Shown: positions 60,045-64,000 of the stretch, one piece after another
Layout: every line of letters starts with the position of its first letter
Position numbering within the stretch: the first letter of the stretch is position 1
Source of the DNA: Candidatus Atabeyarchaeum deiterrae
GTDB lineage: Archaea; Asgardarchaeota; Atabeyarchaeia; Atabeyarchaeales; Atabeyarchaeaceae
Assembly (NCBI GenBank): GCA_037310415.1
Contig: CP147780.1
Coordinates: forward strand, 320,001-384,000
Direction: 5' to 3'
DNA length: 64,000 bases
Notes under the pieces: generated by a model
Seen by the model: the letters and a program-made list of their open reading frames with translations, nothing else
What the model was told of the DNA's origin: nothing
Database searches by the model: none
Made by a program: the position numbers and the translations under genes

Positions 60045-61430
60045 GTGGTCCTATTGGGAGTCGAGGACGTGTTCAGAGAATATGACATTCGCGGCGTATT
60101 CAATGCACAGTTGGTTCCTGAGACAATCTCCAAGATAGCGATGGCATTTGGAACTTATTTAGAAGGATCCGGTGAAGTAATAATCGGTCGGGATAGCAGA
60201 GTGGGCAGCGAGATAATTGAAGGAATTCTTTCGTACAGTCTGGCCTCTATTGGTTGCGACGCCACTTCGGTTGGCATGGTTCCAATTTCAGTGGCGAACT
60301 ATGCTATGTGGAAGAACAAGCCAAAAGCAGGAGCCGTCATAACTGCTTCGCATAATCCACCAGAATACAATGGCTTGAGGTTCAGACATAGTGATGGAAC
60401 AGGATATACTGCAGAGAACAAGATCATCCGCGACATCTTCTTCAGCGGCAGATTCCTGAAGAGAGAATGGAATCAGATTGGCAAGGTTTTGAGCATCCCT
60501 TCGCGCGTTACCTTGACAGATTACTCTGGATATTTGCTCGACCGCGTGAAGACCGACAGGAAGCTTAAAGTCGTTCTGGATCCTGGGAATGGCGCTGCCT
60601 CAGTTGTAGCTCCCCAGTTGTTCAGAGATCTCGGGTTTGAGGTGGTCACAATCAATGATCAGCCCGATGGAACGTTTCCAGGTAGGGATCCAGATCCAAG
60701 CGCCGAAGGAAAGGAAGCTCTCAGGGATCTGTCGAAGCTGATTGTCAGGACGAAGGCTGATCTCGGCGTTGCATTCGATGGAGACGGAGACCGAGCAGTG
60801 TTCGTTGACGAGAAGGGTAGAATAGCCATCCCCGAAAAGATTGGGATAATCTTTGCCAAGGAGTACTTGAGCAAGAAGAAGGGAAGAATCGTAGCTAACG
60901 TGTCATGTTCAATGGTTCTTGAGGATGAACTCTCGAAGGTTGGAGGGCAAGTGATTAGAGTCAGAGTAGGAGACGTCTTCATAACTGAGGCAATTAAGGC
61001 TCACAAAGCCCTTTTTGGCATGGAAATCTCGAGTCACTTCTATTTTCCAGATTTCTATCCTTTTGATGACGGCGTGCTGGCGAGCATCAAGATGGCTGAG
61101 ATACTTTCACATTCAAACGAGCAGCTTTCAGAGCAGCTTGACGGAATAGAGAGTTACCCGAGTCTTCGAGAGAACATAGAGTGCCCTGACAACGTAAAAT
61201 TCAACGTAATTGAAAGAATTAAGAACAAGTACATGAAGGAAGGGTACAGAATCGACCTTACTGATGGAATAAGAGTCGTTCTGGACGATGGATGGGTGCT
61301 AGTAAGACCTTCAAACACAGAGCCTAAGATTCGAATAACAGTCGAAGGAAGAACGAAAGAGATCAGTGAAATGCTGCTTTCCAAGTTTAAGACGGATGTG
61401 ATGGATGTCGAAAAGGAATACGGCTGTTGA
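60045..61430 (+). CDS. Phosphomannomutase/phosphoglucomutase family
   Basis: YDIRG, TASHNP, DGDGDR, RPSNTEP. Confidence 0.95.
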   Translation: MVLLGVEDVFREYDIRGVFNAQLVPETISKIAMAFGTYLEGSGEVIIGRDSRVGSEIIEGILSYSLASIGCDATSVGMVPISVANYAMWKNKPKAGAVITASHNPPEYNGLRFRHSDGTGYTAENKIIRDIFFSGRFLKREWNQIGKVLSIPSRVTLTDYSGYLLDRVKTDRKLKVVLDPGNGAASVVAPQLFRDLGFEVVTINDQPDGTFPGRDPDPSAEGKEALRDLSKLIVRTKADLGVAFDGDGDRAVFVDEKGRIAIPEKIGIIFAKEYLSKKKGRIVANVSCSMVLEDELSKVGGQVIRVRVGDVFITEAIKAHKALFGMEISSHFYFPDFYPFDDGVLASIKMAEILSHSNEQLSEQLDGIESYPSLRENIECPDNVKFNVIERIKNKYMKEGYRIDLTDGIRVVLDDGWVLVRPSNTEPKIRITVEGRTKEISEMLLSKFKTDVMDVEKEYGC

Positions 61431-61584
61431 AGTATAATTCTCACTCCCACGTATCGAAGCCTCGTGAAATGACTGACTCATCGAAAGGATCGTAAACAAA
61501 AAGACTATATATCCAGACACTATTATGCAAAGGGTAAAACTGGATTCAGCAATCGTCTGCGACAGCTAGAGGTGAAACAGAGAA

Positions 61585-61989
61585 ATGCCAAAGGCGTTTG
61601 CGTTCAGAGGCCTCACAGTGGAGGAACTGGAGAAGCTGCCTATGGATGAGTTCGCTAAGTTACTTCCATCGAGGCAGAGGAGAAGCCTCCTGCGTGGGAT
61701 TCCACCTCGACACAAGAAACTACTTGAGAAACTCAGGCGTGCTCATAGGGCTCTGAAGAAGGGCAAGAAAGTGATTGTCAGAACCCATGACAGGGACATG
61801 GTTATACTCCCAGAAATGGTTGAATTGAGTGTTGCCATCTACAATGGAAAGGAGTTCATTCCTGTTGACGTAAGAGCAGAGATGATAGGGCATTACCTTG
61901 GAGAGTTCTCACCTCCATGCAAGAAGGTCATGCATGGAAACCCTGGAATTGGTGCCACCAAGTCTTCTGCATATGTGCCGCTCAAATAG
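61585..61989 (+). CDS. rps19p: 30S ribosomal protein S19
   Basis: [21 protein letters not shown]. Confidence 0.97.
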   Translation: MPKAFAFRGLTVEELEKLPMDEFAKLLPSRQRRSLLRGIPPRHKKLLEKLRRAHRALKKGKKVIVRTHDRDMVILPEMVELSVAIYNGKEFIPVDVRAEMIGHYLGEFSPPCKKVMHGNPGIGATKSSAYVPLK

Positions 61990-62153
61990 AGAGACCCGAC
62001 GTAGAACCAGCATTTGAGTTACACGCAATGCGATCACTTTATATACCCATTAGAGATTTCAAGACTCTACGATTTGTCTGCCGAGTTGATACAATCGTAA
62101 CAATGAGGTTACTATCATTCGCGACCGACGCAATGGTGAGATGAGAAATCAGT

Positions 62154-62630
62154 ATGCCTAAGTTCGGTTACTCCATCATGGGACTGGACCCAGATAAGAC
62201 CGTCAAAGCTAGTGGAATCGACATGCGTGTCTCATTGAAGAAAGCCGTTGAGGTTTGCAGGGAACTAAGGGGTCTGAAGTTGGAAGCGGCTAAGGAAATG
62301 CTTGATGAAGTTGTTGCAATGAAGAAAATGATTCCTTTCCGTCGACACAAGAAGAAACTGGCTCACCATGCTGACAAACTGAGGGAACACAAGTTCTATT
62401 CGGGTGGCTATCCTGTCAAAGTTGCAAAGCATATTCTTGTCATTCTGAAGAATGCTGAAAATAATGCCGAATACAAAGGACTTGACGTTGATCGACTTCG
62501 AATTATCCACGCCTCAGTCGATATGGGTCCAAAACTAAGAAGGTTCACCCCAAGAGCATTCGGTAGGAGTTCCCCGAAAACCGAGCAACTTACAAGAGTT
62601 CAATTGGTTCTTGAAGAGATTTCGGAGTAG
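62154..62630 (+). CDS. rpl22p: 50S ribosomal protein L22
   Basis: YPVK, NAENNAEYKGLD, PRAFGR. Confidence 0.97.
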   Translation: MPKFGYSIMGLDPDKTVKASGIDMRVSLKKAVEVCRELRGLKLEAAKEMLDEVVAMKKMIPFRRHKKKLAHHADKLREHKFYSGGYPVKVAKHILVILKNAENNAEYKGLDVDRLRIIHASVDMGPKLRRFTPRAFGRSSPKTEQLTRVQLVLEEISE

Positions 62631-62643
62631 AGGGAGTCGTAAC

Positions 62644-63525
62644 TTGCCCATAAAAACTCATTTTGTTCTAAAGGGTCTTCAGAGGGTCCGTATTGACGAA
62701 TACCTTGAAAACGAATTGAAAAGAGCGGGGTATGGCGGTGTCGACATCCAAAAGACACCACTGGGGACTAGGCTGACGGTTTATGCGGCAAGACCCGGTT
62801 TTGTGATAGGAAGAAGAGGGAAGACCGTCCGCGATCTCACTGAAGCATTGAAGCAGAAATTCGGGATCGATAATCCTCAGATTGAAGTTGCCGAGGTCGA
62901 AGTTCCAGAGTTTGACGCCAACATTATGGCACAGAAGCTTGCCTCGTCACTGGAGAGAGGATTCCACTATAGACGGGCCGTCTATTCGGTAATGAGGAGG
63001 ATGATGGAGGCAGGCGCCAAAGGAGTAGAAATTACCATCAGTGGGAAACTCACAAGTCAACGCGCTCGTTACCAGAAATTTAGGGATGGAGTCATAACTA
63101 AGTCTGGCGATCCAGTGAGGCAATTTGTTAGAGAAGCAACTGCGCCAGCTTCCCTGAAGCCCGGCGTGATGGGAGTCAGGGTAGTCCTGATGTTACCTGG
63201 AGAATTGCCTGATAAGATAAGGATCAGCTATCCTGAGATAGCTCCGAAGGCCCCTCAACCAGAAGCACAGAAGATGTCTGAGGAAGCTGTTGTGACTCCT
63301 GCTGTCACAGCAGAAAAACCTAGCGAGACGACTGTGGTGACTGGGCAGCCGCAGCAACTTGCACAAGAAGACAAAAAAGAGCCAGAGAGTGTAGCCGTAA
63401 CTGCACAAGAACCAGTCAAGGAAAACGAACCTTCAGAGCCTCAGAAGCAAACTGAAAAGAGAACCGAAAAGAAGGCAGAGAAGAAGAAAGCTGAGAAGAA
63501 GACTGGAAGAAGAAAGAAAGAGTGA
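62644..63525 (+). CDS. rps3p: 30S ribosomal protein S3 with long low-complexity C-terminal tail
   Basis: RAGYGG, RPGFVIGRRG, ISGKL; probable TTG start 62644. Confidence 0.95.
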   Translation: MPIKTHFVLKGLQRVRIDEYLENELKRAGYGGVDIQKTPLGTRLTVYAARPGFVIGRRGKTVRDLTEALKQKFGIDNPQIEVAEVEVPEFDANIMAQKLASSLERGFHYRRAVYSVMRRMMEAGAKGVEITISGKLTSQRARYQKFRDGVITKSGDPVRQFVREATAPASLKPGVMGVRVVLMLPGELPDKIRISYPEIAPKAPQPEAQKMSEEAVVTPAVTAEKPSETTVVTGQPQQLAQEDKKEPESVAVTAQEPVKENEPSEPQKQTEKRTEKKAEKKKAEKKTGRRKKE

Positions 63526-63530
63526 TTATC

Positions 63531-63746
63531 ATGGCAATACTGCGCCTAAAAGAGATAAGAGGTATGTCCCCCGCTGAGAGAGAGAAGAGGCTTGAGGAGC
63601 TCCATGCTGAGATCACAAGAGCGAGAGCGCTTAGAACTGGTGGAGGAACTATCGAGAGCCCAGGAAGAATCAAGGAACTACGAAAGACGGTCGCTAGGAT
63701 CATAACCATAACTAGGGAAGAAGAGTTGAAAAAGAAAGGAGGATAA
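63531..63746 (+). CDS. rpl29p: 50S ribosomal protein L29
   Basis: MAILRLKEIR, PGRIKELRKTVARI.T. Confidence 0.96.
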   Translation: MAILRLKEIRGMSPAEREKRLEELHAEITRARALRTGGGTIESPGRIKELRKTVARIITITREEELKKKGG

Positions 63747-63752
63747 TCCAAA

Positions 63753-64000
63753 ATCAAGATCACACAGAGGAACATAGCTCGACATGAGTTGATAGGATTA
63801 CCTGCAAGAATCATATCGAGCACGCATGAAAGTCATGTTGGCGTAAAAGGCTCCATTATCATGGAGTCACGCAATATGATCGTCATCAAAACAGACAACT
63901 CCTCTGTCAAGAGAATACCTAAGAATTCGGTCGTCCTCGAAGTGACTATTCCCGACAATGGCAAAGTCAAGATCGACGGAGTCAAGATAGTAGGTCGACC
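63753..64000 (+). CDS. rnp1: RNase P protein p29/Rpp29 (partial; apparent ATC start)
   Basis: Manual translation KITQRNIARHELIGL...G.II.ESRNM...IPK...IDG..I.GR. Confidence 0.9.
   Translation, partial: MKITQRNIARHELIGLPARIISSTHESHVGVKGSIIMESRNMIVIKTDNSSVKRIPKNSVVLEVTIPDNGKVKIDGVKIVGR

Overview
This is a gene-dense archaeal chromosome segment, almost certainly Asgard (Promethearchaeota). The evidence is a ubiquitin–E1–E2–RING–JAMM cluster joined to ESCRT-I/II/Vps4 genes, Rab- and Arf-like GTPases, PolB1, the nurA-herA-mre11-rad50 operon, egsA, psmB-fttA and the S19-L22-S3-L29-Rpp29 genes. The main discovery is two apparently broken protein-coding genes: pcm (protein isoaspartate methyltransferase) and an endonuclease Q-family gene. 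Each is interrupted inside a conserved motif by a short (29 and 41 nt) stop-containing, frameshifting hairpin. Each hairpin forms a bulge-helix-bulge (BHB) splice motif, and cutting at the standard BHB positions exactly restores the frame and motif. All six tRNA genes in the window also carry BHB introns (12 in total, none at the canonical 37/38 site, up to three per gene, one inside an anticodon). Together this points to tRNA-type (EndA/RtcB) splicing extended to mRNAs in this lineage. Secondary observations: a catalytically degenerate HMG-CoA-synthase-like/DUF35/thiolase (PhlABC-like) operon, a Rad50 with no zinc hook, an orphan steadiness-box-like protein, and a BRK1-like coil/Pro-rich protein. 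All calls are by eye, without database searches.
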